Source: Macrostomum hystrix (lineage: Eukaryota > Animalia > Platyhelminthes). From it: a DNA stretch of 64,000 nt. This document shows positions 35,307-47,690 of this stretch, in pieces. Where the stretch lies: contig CATNEN010000011.1 in the NCBI GenBank assembly GCA_950097015.1, positions 434,001 through 498,000 on the forward strand, written 5' to 3'. Each line of letters starts with the position of its first letter. Positions within the stretch are counted from its first letter, which is position 1. The notes beneath the pieces are model-generated. The model had not been told where the DNA came from, did no database searches, and worked only from the letters and a program-made list of their open reading frames with translations. Both the position numbers and the translations under genes were made by a program.

Positions 35307-35945
35307 TCACCTCAAGGCCTGGTAATACACCACATTCTTCGTTCTTCCCCTTGGTGCGAAAATGAATAGGCCAGCTGGAGTTCCAACACGGGAGCAGGCG
35401 ACATAAAGCTGCCCATGCGAGAAGCAAGGAGTCTCCAGGTTGATGCTAGCCACCTTCAGTGACTGTCCCTAAGCCTTGTTAATAGTCATTGCAAAGCACA
35501 CTCTCACAGGGAACTGCAGTCGCTTGAACTGAAATGGCAGGTCCGTGGGGATAATTGGAATCCGGGGAACAAACACAGACTCTCCTCTGCCAGATCCAGT
35601 CATTATCGTGGCCTCAATCACGTGTGGGAAGAGCCGCCTGACTATCACTCTGGTGCCGTTACACAGCCTTGGCGCATTCAGGTTGCGGAGGAGCATAATT
35701 GGTGCCCCAACTTTCAGCTGCAAGTTGTGCGATGGAGTTCCAGGAGGATCTAGAGAGTTCAGAAACTTAACAGGATACTCCACAGCGGTGTCATCATTCA
35801 ACGTTGTATCAATTGACTTGTAGGTGAAAACTGCACCTGGCAACTCCTGAAGCAGTTGCAAGTTAATTTCGTTGGCGGCATCATTTTTAGGGCACAGAAT
35901 TGCCCTCTCTGACAGCCAGTCAACGCCAGCCTCTCTCTGTCTTCT
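35307..35945 (-). pseudogene. PIF1-type helicase C-terminus of Helitron RepHel with a premature stop
   Basis: WLSERAILCPKN...LKVGAPIMLLRNL...LCNGTR...RLQFPVRVCFAMTINKA*GQSL...FSHGQLYVACSRV. TAG replaces the expected Q codon at 35469-35471. Confidence 0.93.
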
Positions 35946-38149
35946 ATCCCAGGCTGGCTGGAGAGAAATATCGACCGGAGAGCCCTGCTCACTGGGACGC
36001 CACCGCACTCACCACACTCAGTCGCAGTGCTGCTTGGGGGCCAGTAGACAGTCTAGGGGTTTGGGCTGTGTACATTCACGGCTTGAAATACAATGTACAG
36101 TCTGGGGCTTCGGCGCCCGGGGAAGGGAGGGGGTGGCTATAATAAAATTTGGCCCGAAGAGTGGCAGAGGGGAGTTGGGGTGGCTGTCCTTGGAAAACAA
36201 AAAGTGACTCACTTTGAGATGATGCAGCTTTGCTCTGGATTGAGTAGAGATGTTCAAAATTGACAGCATTGTTGGAAAACATGTAAAGTGTAAGTGGATC
36301 AAATTTGGAGAAAATCTGACAAAGTGGGGCAACAATATGTTGAATTGAGTGATTTTTTGACGATTTTTGAGCAGTTTTTTTGCACTTTTGAGCAGGAAGG
36401 AAATGATTTTTCGGGAATTTGAGTAGCCTATTGCACTCAGCGTAGGTGGTTTTAGGTATGTGCAAAGTTTGGTGCGATTTGGTTGAGCAGTTGCACACAC
36501 ACACAGACACACACACAGACAGAGTTTTCACTTTTATATATATAGATTTAATGAGTAGGGGCCTCGTCAATAGTTTCAATAGTTAGGGCCTATTCATTCC
36601 TAATTAAATGTGTAGGCCTAGGCCTACAATCATTTTTCAAGTTTTGGATTGACAAGGCAAGTGCAGGCTTTAAGCAGCTGCTGGATCCTGGAAGGCTGTT
36701 TTCTCAGCATATTTAGGTGCAAAAATAGTTGTCACCGAACTGACCAATTCCATCACCAAAATGACCTGGGACCCTTTGCCACTAAATGAATAGGCCTAAT
36801 AGGCCTAATTTAGCTAGTCACTATCACTATCCAAGCTAGGCCCATATAAATTATAATTTGCTGCTAAATGGCCTACTCTTAGGGTAAAGTATCATCAACC
36901 AAACAGTGTATCTTCAAAACCGAACAAGAAATTTGACTTCTTCCTTGGTCTCATGCAAGACAGAAACAAGCTATTGTGTTTCACAGAACAACTAATTTGA
37001 AAGTTGAAGAATTTATCTACAAGCTGAGGCATGATGTGCAATGAAGCATTAAGGGGAAAGAAAGATATTGATGTTTCAGTAGAAATTTTTATTGCAAAAG
37101 CATACTTTTTACGAAGAGCTTGCGTGCACGGCTGCCGTTAGCCCAAAGCCATACTTGTGTGCACGGCAGCCGTTCGCTCAAAGCCATACTTACGTGCACG
37201 GCAGCCGTTCACTCAAAGCCATACTTGTGTGCACGGCAGCCGTTCGCTCAAAGCCATACTTACGTGCACGGCAGCCGTTCACTCAAAGCCATACTTGTGT
37301 GCACGGCAGCCGTTCGCTCAAAGCCATACTTACGTGCACGGCAGCCGTTCACTCAAAGCCATACTTGTGTGCACGGTCAACATGCAGACATGTGACCATC
37401 TGCACTACATGCTTGACTTACTTATTAGCTCGTATCACTGAAATGAGTGCACGCATATAAATGTGATTCGAAGCACTATGTACATACATGCACCATATAT
37501 CTCAAATGATATGCTTGTTCAATTCACAATTGCATGCAAAGTGAAGTGTACAATGTAGTTCTTTGAGATCAGAGTCGCAGTCACGTACTACTTATACATG
37601 TAATGTACATGTAATGTACGTGATGTGTGTACGTAGTGTAACATACACGTAATGTACATGAGCATATGCATTCCCGAAAACCCAGGAAAATTTGCTTCGA
37701 AGGATTTGTCACGTCACTGACTTTGTGGCAGTGTTTGTGTATGAACAGTGCGTGTATACGTGTAGCCTACGGAAAGTCGATGCATGATATGCATACGTTT
37801 ATGATTTATTCATTCAACTCCAAATTCACCATCTAGTGGTCCCTGCTTGTAGCATACACTACAAGGGAGGGAGGCAACCTTCCTCCTCGCCACGTTCTCC
37901 TTATTTGCAATTGTCTGAAGGCAGTGCTTATCCTCACGGTACCATAGAAATAATTTTTGTCTTATTCCTATGGTACCGTGGGAATACTTTCCTGCTTATC
38001 CGCACGGCACACTGACGAGATAGCTGTCCTATCTTCAGCTATAGACTTAAACTAGCAAGATTTGCCCCCCTTCGGGGAGCAGAAATACTTTTAATTCGTC
38101 TAGTATAGACTTTTTAGCAGCTAAATTTACAGCTTTTTAAAGCTACAAT

Positions 38150-39150
38150 GAACCCCCAGTTGACAATGATCCCCCAGTTGACAATGATCCCCCAGTTAAC
38201 AAAGATCCCCCAGTTCACAATGATCCCCCAGTTGACAATGTTCCCCCAGTTATCAATGATCCCCCAGTTGATGATGATCACCGAGTTGACAATGATTCCC
38301 CAGTTGGCAATGATCCCCCCAGTTGATGATGATCCCCCAGTTGAAAATGATCCCCCAGTTGAAAATGATCCCCCAGTTGACAATGATCCCCCAGTTGAGA
38401 ATGATCCCCCAGTTGACAATGATCCCCCAGTTAACAAAGATCCCCCAGTTCACAATGATCCCCCAGTTGATGAAGTCTCCCCATTAATGATGATCCCTAG
38501 TTAACAATGTTCCTCCAGTTGACAATGATCCCCAGTTGATGATGATCACCCAGTTGACAATGATCCCCCAGTTAACAAAGATCCCCCAGTTCACAATGAT
38601 CCCCCAGTTGATGAAGTCTCCTCATTGATGATGATCCCTAGTTAACAATGTTCCTCCAGTTGACAATGTTCCCCCAGTTGACAATGATCCCCCAGTTGAT
38701 GATGATCACCCACTTGACAATGATCCCCCAGTTGACAATGATCCCCCAGTTGACAATGATCCCACAGTTGACAATGATCCCGCCGGTTGACAATGATCCC
38801 ACAGTTGACAATGAACCCCCAGTTGACAAAGATCCCCCAGTTGACAATGATCCCTCATTTGACAATGATCCCCCAGTTGACAATGATCCCACAGTTGACA
38901 ATGATCCCCCAGTTGACAATGATCCCCAAGTTGACCATGATCCCCCATTTTATGATGATTCCCCAGTTGACAATTATCCCCCAGTTGACCATTACCCCCT
39001 AGTTGACAATGATCCCCCAGTTCACAACGATCCCCCAGTTGACAATGATCCCCCAGTTGACAATTATCCCCCAGTTTACCAAGATCCTCCAGTTGACGAT
39101 TATCCCCCAGTTTACCTTGATCCCCATTTTGATGATGACTCCCCAGTTGA
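38150..39150. repeat. Minisatellite, 18-bp unit CCCCCAGTTGACAATGAT, about 55 degenerate copies
   Basis: Read directly. Source of the PPVDND and LTMIPQ ORFs. Confidence 0.96.
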
Positions 39151-39164
39151 CGTTGATTTTTCAA

Positions 39165-39752
39165 ACGCTGGGTTAACCAAGATTCAAACTCAGGTTTCGC
39201 CATGTTTTAAACCCTGGTGGGCTATGATTCAAACTCTCGTTTTACCATGATTCAAACTCTAATTTAGCCATGATTCAAACTCTGGTTAAGCCATTATTCA
39301 GACTCTAGGTTAGCCATGATTCAGACGCTGGTTTAGCCATGATTCAGACTCTGGTTTAGCCATGATTGAAACTCTGGTTTAGCCATGATTCAGACGCTGG
39401 TGTAGCCATGATTCAGACTCTGGTGTAGCCATGATTCAGACTCTGGTTTAGCCATGATTCAGACTCTGGTTTAGCCATGATTCAGACTCTGGTTTAGCCA
39501 TGATTCAGACTCTGGTTTAGCCATGATTCAGACTCTGGTTTAGCCATGATTCAGACTCTGGTTTAGCCTTGATTCAGACTCTGGTTTAGCCATGATTCAG
39601 ACTCTGGTGTAGCCATGATTCAGACTCTGGTGTAGCCATGATTCAGACTCTGGTTTAGCCATGATTCAGACTCTGGTTTAGCCATGATTCAGACTCTGGT
39701 TTAGCCATGATTCAGACTCTGGTTTAGCCATGATTCAAACTCTGTTTTAGCC
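39165..39752. repeat. Minisatellite, 23-bp unit GCCATGATTCAGACTCTGGTTTA
   Basis: Read directly. Abuts the 18-bp array. Confidence 0.96.
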
Positions 39753-42700
39753 GGTGTGCTATGATTTATGATATTTTATTTACGAAATGAAAAAAATGAT
39801 ATAAAATAGTCTTCAATCACTACTGGCTGAAAATTAGTCTAAATGATTTGATGCAGTGCAGAATCGAACCCTAGCCTAGCCTAACCTATTCCTGGTGCCT
39901 ACACATCGGCTATTCCGACTGTTGGTTAGTGGGTGCAAAAATCAGCCTTATAAAATGAATTCTCAAAGTTCTGGCTTTGTACAATGAAGTAAGAAAATAG
40001 AGTACACTCAGTCTTGCGGTTGGTTGTGTACATTTATTTCCAATTTGTCTCCAGAGTGCAGGCTTCAAATTCAATCAGCTAGGGGTTGTTGCGCAATTTG
40101 ACGATGCAATTCTAATTCAGTGGCAGTGAGTAAAATTCTCAATAGGCCAAGATGGTTTGACCTTTGAAAAATCATGTTTTTCGAATATTTAATCCCCTTA
40201 GCAATAAAGTAAGGCTTAATAAAAATACGTGTATAATTGTCCCCATATTTAGCATCTGTTGGTGAAGAAATGGTGAAAATCGGTTGAGCCGTTCGGGAGA
40301 AAATCAATTACAACCAAGCAACCATTTCATTTTTAGTATAGTGGAAGGCTTGAGCTATAAGATTAGAAAAATACTCACTTCAGTTGTATTCTTTTTAATA
40401 TATAAATAAAAGAAATATATTTTTTATATACTTAAAAAGCCACCGTATTGGGTAACTACTTGCGAAAAAAGCAGAAAACTTTAATTTGTTTACTTGCTTT
40501 TAAAAACCGGAAGAAAAAATGAAAATTGCAGTCATGATAAAAAGATAGATGATAGGACAGCTATCTCGTCAGTGTGCCGTGCGGATAAGCAGGAAATTAT
40601 TCCCACGGTACCGTAGGAATAAGACAAAAATTATTTCTACGGTACCGTGGGGATAAGCACTGCCTTGTCTGATATCAGTTATCGCCATTACAAAGGAATT
40701 TTTTGGAATTACTAAACTTGTATTGCAATGTACAAGTCATCACAATTGTCACATGCAACCGTCATTAAAGACGATTCCGTAACGACCATGCCACTTATAA
40801 GAAACGTTCGCGGTGCTTAATTGCTTATTGCACCGAGGAGGAGCGGTTCAGAATGTCCTGTTTTACAACGCCGAGACCTGGACGTTGCATTGGAATGTAT
40901 GCAGTTCATGTACATGTAATATATATGTAATGTATGTGACTGCGACTGGGTACGCATAAAACCTGGCCATCACTGAGCATCGGCTCAGAATAACAAAATC
41001 CATATATTATTGCGGAACGAGCATTACATAGTATTTTTTCAAGAGCTCAGAAGTTGTGTCGTAGGCCCTATGTTTAAGATCGAATAACAAGCAATAAACA
41101 TTTAATAAAATATTATTTCCTAGCACTTAAAAAATCTTAATTGCTATAAATTACTTTTCATTAATAAAAGAAATAATGATTTGTTATTCTGAACCGATTC
41201 CAGGCTAGTGATGCCCTACTGCGACTCTGATCTCAAAGAACTACATTGTAGGCCCTACACTTCACTTTGCATGCAATTGTGAATTGAACAAATATATCAT
41301 TTGAGATATGTGCATGTATGTACATAGTGCTTCGAATCACATTTATATACGCGCACTCATTTCAGTGATACGAGCTAATAAGTAAGTCAAGCATGCAGTG
41401 CAGATGGTCACATGTGTGCATGTTGACCGTGCACACAAGTATGGCTTTGAGTGAACGGCTGCCGTGCACGTAAGTATGGCTTTGAGCGAACGGCTGCCGT
41501 GCACACAAGTATGGCTTTGGGCGAACGGTTGCCGTGCACGCAAGTATGGCTTTGAGCGAACGGCTGCCGTGCACACAAGTATGGCTTTGGGCGAACGGCA
41601 GCCGTGCACGCAAGCTCTTCGTACTTTTTAACAGTTACATTTTTTCAGTATGTACTTTAGACGAAGATTGTATATGGTTGCTTGCCAATTAAATGACCAT
41701 AAATGTAGTTATTTATAGAGCATGAAAAATGCTTTCAAATCACATAATTCATGATAGTTCACTCCTTAAAATAAGATTAAACCACTCACTCAAATTGTAA
41801 AACCAAACATCAAATTCTCTGTTTGGTTTGAAGATACATGAAAATCATTGTTCAGTTTTAGATAAAAAGCAGGAATAACTATTTTATTTGATAAAATAGC
41901 AAAAGCAGATACTTTTTAGAAAGATGTAACTGTTTACTATAACTTGGCTTTTGATTTATCATCATATCTTAAATAGAAAATCTGTAGCTTAGGTTTGAAG
42001 TTAAAAAAATACACATTCTTGTTTGGTTGATGATACATTACCCTATAACAAATAGGCATAGGAAGCCCGGTAAAGGATATTTATGCTATGTGGCTTGGGG
42101 CTAGGGCTAGGCTAGGCCTAGTTAGCTAGTAGGCCTAGTAGAAACAATAAAGTAGTAGGCCAACAACTAGGCCTACAACCTCACAAAAATTAATATGATG
42201 ACATCCGAAATTATCTAACTTTTTTCCAACAGTATTTTGAATTCAGCCAATGACTTAGCTAATAGTCTAATCATTGCAAATTAAAAGTAAACTAACCGGT
42301 CACTTGTCTTATCAAATACCTGTAGTCCTGTTTTTTCGTTTGTCAGAACTTTCGTTAGGGCTTGCGTAGGACCGTTAAATAAATTGAAATAGTCTCAATC
42401 AAATCAGAATATTACTTATGCCTATATGCTCATAAACACTAAAAAAATTGAATGACACTGGACGACTAATGAAATGGCTTTATTTTCGTTCAGACAAAGC
42501 TTCTTTATTTAAATTGAAAATGTATTCGTGTGCACGTTTAAAATCATGACATTTGTTTACTGTTTTCTTGGAAACCTGGCAAGTTTTTAGTTTTTAGATT
42601 AAATGATACTTGGCCATTTCCTATTATAGCTGTATTTTCCTTTGCCCGTAAGCTTTAGTGTGTGAAAACTGCTATCATTTTTTCCTCGTGTTTGTGCAAT

Positions 42701-42795
42701 CTCGTCTTGTTTATTTGGGTAGGTCCTAATTCGTCAAACAAGTTTTGAAGTTTGCCAAGCCAATGGGACCCTGCCATGGGCATGGGGGTCTCAGG

Positions 42796-43218
42796 CGATA
42801 CCTGGACACTTCGTCAGCTTACAACTTCGTCATCCAGATGACGATCTGTCCAATATCTCAGAGGATGGATGACGAAGAGACTTAGACTTGTGGACACCTT
42901 GTCATCTATAAAACAAATTTTTTTAAAGTTAGAATAGAACCATCCCTCCCCTCCCCACCCCTCCTCACATTGTGTTGGCACCTATCTTTCAACCCTTATA
43001 ATGAAATCAGTTTCGACACCTCTTTCCTGGTTAATTTTTAACAATTTAGAGTGTAAAGTGTGTTCACACGTCTGCCCCACCACCCCACCCTCACTTTATT
43101 GATGACGAACTAGATTGATTGTTATTAGTAGAATAGGCCCTAGTAGATGATGAACTGACCAAAGCATGCCAATTGGCTGGATGACGAAGTTGTAAGATAA
43201 CGAAGTGTCTAGGATCCA
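42796..43218. mobile_element. MITE-like element with imperfect TIRs of about 40 bp
   Basis: CCTGGACACTTCGTCAGCTTACAACTTCGTCATCC is inverted at 43179-43213. TCTCAGG is duplicated on both flanks (42789-42795 and 43219-43225). Confidence 0.7.
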
Positions 43219-43434
43219 TCTCAGGCCTCTAGTCTCTAGTCTCTAAGGATAGCATAGCAACTAGTTAGTCTTTTAATCTTATTCGGGCCTTGCTTGGGTG
43301 GGTTCGGCTTACTGCTTACCTATTGACTGAATACTGGTGAAATGGATCTTCAAAATTTTGTTCTTTTTTGTGAAGTATAGTTTGATAATTTTTTATAAGT
43401 ATGTTTTAGGGCCCTTTTCTTTATGGTAGGCCCT

Positions 43435-44139
43435 AGTTGTTATTTGTCCAGTTAACAGGACAAATAGCCGTTTGATTATTCGTCCGGTTAACCGGACAAA
43501 TAGCCGTTTGATTATTCGTCCGGTTAACCGGACAAATAGCGTTTGATTATTCGTCCGGTTAACCGGTTAACAGTGACTTTGCTGTCAACCACTGATGTCA
43601 AAGTGGTGGTAAAATTCATGTAGGCATCGTTTCTTAGAAATGTTTATCATATAAATCCATTGTTGAGTTAGCTGAGTCCCTGGCAAATTAGGAAACTAAA
43701 AGCTAACCTATCTAACTAAAAGGGCAATTGATCTATATGCTATCTATATATAATTTTAGGTTGCCGACAGACCAATGCCTGGATCAAGGAACAACTATGT
43801 CTTCGTTTATATATATATATCTTAATATATTGCCTCTTAAAATACTTATTTATTTAATAAATAGTAGATTGTAAATAAATATTTAATTCATTAATAAATA
43901 GTTATACTACACTGTAGTTATACTACAGTGGTCCTTGAATCTGATTCCCTTCAAAACTTAAGGCTTTTAAAATGTCAAATTTACTCAGTATAGCAAGATG
44001 CAGGAGATATAGTCAACACCGAAAACTTAAAGTTTTGGTTTTAATTTACCCGGACAAATAATCAAACGGCTATTTGTCCGGTTAACCGAACGAATAATCA
44101 AACGGCTATTTGTCCGGTTAACCGGACAAATAACAACTG
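43435..44139. mobile_element. Small foldback-like element; TIRs built from GGTTAACC-containing subrepeats of about 36 bp
   Basis: AGTTGTTATTTGTCC...GGACAAATAGCCGTTTGATTATTCGTCCGGTTAACC repeats, with an inverted copy at 44049-44139. No clear TSD. Confidence 0.65.
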
Positions 44140-45538
44140 CCTTTCTTTATTTTGCAACTTATTTTACTAATTTCAGCTTTTGTTTAACTGTCTAGCAAAC
44201 TTCATTAACCTTAGCATAGTCTATCAATACATAAATAAATATATAAAATATAGAAATGCCTTTCTAGCTTAGTTAGTATATTGGTAGTTGGTCATTTTGG
44301 CCATTATCATATTTTGTCATACCATTTCAGGCCAAAACCATTTTGGACTCAAACTGATTTAGCCCAAGATGTTATCTATATATTAAATATTAATGAATTA
44401 AAAAGAGCTTTGATTTTTGAACAGATGAATCTGGCTAATATTTCTAAAAATAGTTGCCCTACCTGTTAAGTATATTTTTTATGTTTCAAAACTATTGTTT
44501 AAAATTATATTGTGAGGGAATTATTGCAAAAATGTGGGTTTAGGTTTTGTTTTTTGGAGAGCTTGTGTGCATGGCAGCTGTTTACCTAGTAGGCCTATTT
44601 TAAGTTCAAGCATAATAGTAGTCATGGACATTATAACTTTGAAGGTTGCCATGAGGCACTATTCATCCCACCCATGCAGTAGCTAAAAATTTATTCCAAT
44701 CATTCCAAACTCTGTCTTGTTGGTATCACAGGGCATTTGATTTGATTTTCCATTGAAAAAAAACAATTAATATTTTTATGTATTTTGTTTGTCTATTCAT
44801 GAACAATTGCTAAGTGATTAGCAACATAGTTCTGTTGCCAAACAACATAGTTATAAAAAGACATTATAATAGTGAATGTCAAAATTGTAATTATTTGCAA
44901 AAGATTGCAAGAAATAAGTAAATGTAATTATACTTCTGCCACAAAAGAACAAGTTATAATTACTTATCGCTTGCTTAAAATCTTAGTCACTTGTTTCAAA
45001 GTGAGAAAAAATAGTTTAGTTTTAAGAAATTCTTATATTTTAGGCTTGAACTTTATTATTTTGGCAAGTAGAACTAACAAGGCAGGTATAAAAAAGAATA
45101 TTGGTGGTCTCCATGATTATGTTTGAAGGTTTCTGGTACCTAATTTGAGGTTTGATATATAGTTTGTAATCTTAATTTTTATTTGCATTTCACATGCACT
45201 ATTGGATCTTTTAGAAATAGATCCTAATTGTGAATATATAGCAAAAACTATTAAAACCAATCCATGAATAAAACAAAATTATGATGCTTTCCTCACACAT
45301 TACATTTTAGGTTGTAATTATAAGTAATACATATTTTCAAATCCTTTAAAATATTATAACTATTTAAGCTGATTCAATGATCCAAAGGCCCACTAAAAGT
45401 ACAAGTTCTTGAGCCTATTTTGGTCCCTGTAGCAATAGTTAGAAGTGTCTTTATTAAAGCTATTAGTGCTTCATCATTTATTGATATATTGCAGATTTCA
45501 GAATTCAATTGAAGAAACCGATCTAACTAGCTCTGATA

Positions 45539-45982
45539 ATGTTAGACCTAGAAGTGCAGCCTGAGCGCGGTCTGGTGTGCCCCAAGCAGAACTGGGAATT
45601 GATGCTGGGAATGCCGCTTTACCAGGCCATTGGCATTCTTCGCCAGGCCGATTCAGATATCCGCACCGTGCAGCTGTGGTATAGCGACCGGCTGCCCCTG
45701 CTAATGGACATTGTACTCTCATTGACTCAGGACGGTGTCAAGCTAATCTTCGATGCTACCTATCAGAGGCTAAAATCTATTGAGGTGTTCGACTTGGGCC
45801 GGATCAGGCTGTCCTACTGCAATCAGAGTTTTAATAGTCCACCAAATGTGACGCCAACTATTACCACTATTCAGCAGTGCTTCGGGGCCACGCATCCGCT
45901 GGTGCACGACGCAGAACGGGACGCCGATGTGCTCAGCTTTCGCGGCGTTTCCTTCACATTTCCGCGTGGCGAGAACTCGTCG
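45539..45982 (+). CDS. PHAF1: PHAF1/C16orf70 (UPF0183) homolog, exon 1 of 3 (spliced CDS 1356 nt, 451 aa)
   Basis: MLDLEVQPERGL...WELMLGMPLYQAI...DGVKLIFD...QRLKSIEV...PT...I.QCFGATHP...LSFRGVSFTFP. Donor GTGAGT at 45983. Confidence 0.93.
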
Positions 45983-46014
45983 GTGAGTTTCTTGGGAAAT
46001 AATAGGTTACACAC

Positions 46015-47690
46015 ATAGATCCTCAGGTTGGTAAGCAGCTACTTCCAGCCTAGATCCTCAGGTTGGCGCGCTATTTCCCTCTAAGTTCCTCAGGTTAACA
46101 AGCTATTTCCCTCCAAGTTCCTCAGGTTAGTGAGCTATTTCCATCCTAGATCCTCAGTTAAGTGAGCTATTTCCCTCCTAGATCCTCAGGTTGGCGAGCT
46201 ATTTCCCTCCTAAATCCTCAGGTTGGTGAGCTATTTCCATTCTAGATCCTCAAGTTAGTGAGCTATTTCCCTCCTAGATCATCAGGGTGGCGAGCTATTT
46301 CCCTCCAAGTTCCTCAGATTAGTGAGCTATTTCCATCATAGTTCCTCAGGGTGGCGAGCTATTTCCATCCTAGTTCATCAGTTTGGCGAGCATTTTCCCT
46401 ACTAGATCCTCAGGTTGGCGAGCTATTTCCATCCTAGATCCTCAGGTTGGCGAGCTATTTCCCCCCAAGTTCCTTAGGTTAGTGAGCTATTTCCATCCTA
46501 GATCCTCAGGTTGGTGAGCTATTTCCCTCCTAGATCCTCAGGGTGGCGAGCTATTTCCCTCCAAGTTCCTCAGATTCGTGAGCTATTTCCATCCTAGATC
46601 CTCAGTTAAGTGAGCCATTTCCCTCCTAAATCCTCAGGTTGGTGAGCTATTTCCCTCCTAAATCCTCAGGTTGGTGAGCTATTTCCCTCCTAGATCCTCA
46701 GTTAAGTGAGCTATTTCCATCCTAGATCCTCAGGTTGGTGAGCTATTTCCCTCCTAGATCCTCAGGTTGGCGAGCTATTTCCATCCTAGATCCTCAGGTT
46801 GGCGAGCTATTTCCATCCTAGATCCTCAGGTTGGTGAGCTATTTCCCTCCTAGATCATCAGGTTGGCGAGCTATTTCCATCCTAGATACTCAGGGTGGCG
46901 AGCTATTTCCCTCCTAGATACTCAGGTTGGCGAGCTATTTCCCTCCTAGATCCTCAGGTTGGCGAGCTATTTCCATCCTAGATACTCAGGGTGGCGAGCT
47001 ATTTCCCTCCTAGATACTCAGGTTGGCGAGCTATTTCCATCCTAGATCCTCAGGTTGGCGAGCTATTTCCATCCTAGATCCTCAGGTTGGCGAGCATTTC
47101 CCTCCTAGATCCTCAGGTTGGCGAGCTATTTCCCTCCCAGATCCTCAGGTTGGTGAGCTATTTCCCTCCTAGATCCTCAGGTTGGCGAGCTATTTCCATC
47201 CTAGATCCTCAGTTAAGTGAGCTATTTCCATCCTAGATCCTCAGGTTGGTGAGCTATTTCCCTCCTAGATCCTCAGGTTGGCGAGCTATTTCCATCCTAG
47301 ATACTCAGGGTGGCGAACTATTTCCCTCCTAGATCCTCAGGTTCGCGAGCTATTTCCATCCTAGATCCTCAGGTTGGTGAGCTATTTCCCTCCTAGATCC
47401 TCAGGGTGGCGAGCTATTTCCCTCCTAGATCCTCAGGGTGGCGAGCTATTTCCCTCCTAGATCCTCAGGTTGGCGAGCTATTTCCCTCCTAGATCCTCAG
47501 GGTGGCGAGCTATTTCCATCCTAGATCCTCAGGTTGGTGAGCTATTTCCCTCCTAGATCCTCAGGGTGGCGAGCTATTTCCATCCTTGATCATCAGGTTG
47601 GTGAGCTATTTCCCTCCAAGAGCCTCAGGTTGGTGAGCTATTTTCATCCTTGATCCTCAGGTGAGTGAGCTATTACACAGATAGATAATC
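46015..47690. repeat. Intronic minisatellite, 32-bp unit CCTAGATCCTCAGGTTGGCGAGCTATTTCC(A/C)T, about 52 copies
   Basis: Begins about 30 nt after the PHAF1 exon 1 donor. Read directly. Confidence 0.97.

Larger units (their letters stand above)
34667..36546 (-). mobile_element. Internally deleted (non-autonomous) Helitron
   Basis: Minus-strand 5' end A|TCTATATATATAAAAGTGAAAACTCTGTCTG(TG)n. 3' end is a weak GCC...GGC hairpin then CTAG|T at 34670-34667. Contains a helicase fragment. Confidence 0.8.
38052..40345 (-). mobile_element. Probable non-autonomous Helitron nested in the Foldback element
   Basis: Minus-strand 5' TCCACTATACTAAAAATG and GAACGGCTCAACCGATTTTCACC. 3' hairpin GCTCCCCGAAGGGGGGC followed by CTAG|T at 38055-38052. 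The 5' flank is T rather than the canonical A. Confidence 0.55.
37918..40666. repeat. Inner 116-bp inverted-repeat pair (37918-38033 / 40551-40666), each arm with an internal palindrome
   Basis: GATAGGACAGCTATCTCGTCAGTGTGCCGTGCGG...CACGGTACCRTAGGAATAAGACAAAAATTATTTCTAYGGTACCGTG is present in opposite orientations. Confidence 0.9.
37112..41621. mobile_element. 4.5-kb Foldback/MULE-like element with long modular TIRs
   Basis: Perfect 9-bp TSD TACTTTTTA (37103-37111 and 41622-41630). Termini CGAAGAGCTTGCGTGCACGG are inverted. Arms 37112-37577 and 41218-41621 contain 35-bp tandem subrepeats. No transposase ORF. Confidence 0.88.

Noticed and set aside
38114-39250. PPVDND-repeat ORF resembling an acidic repeat or ice-binding protein
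   Set aside because: 18-bp minisatellite inside nested transposons. Frames switch and there is no signal peptide or splice context.
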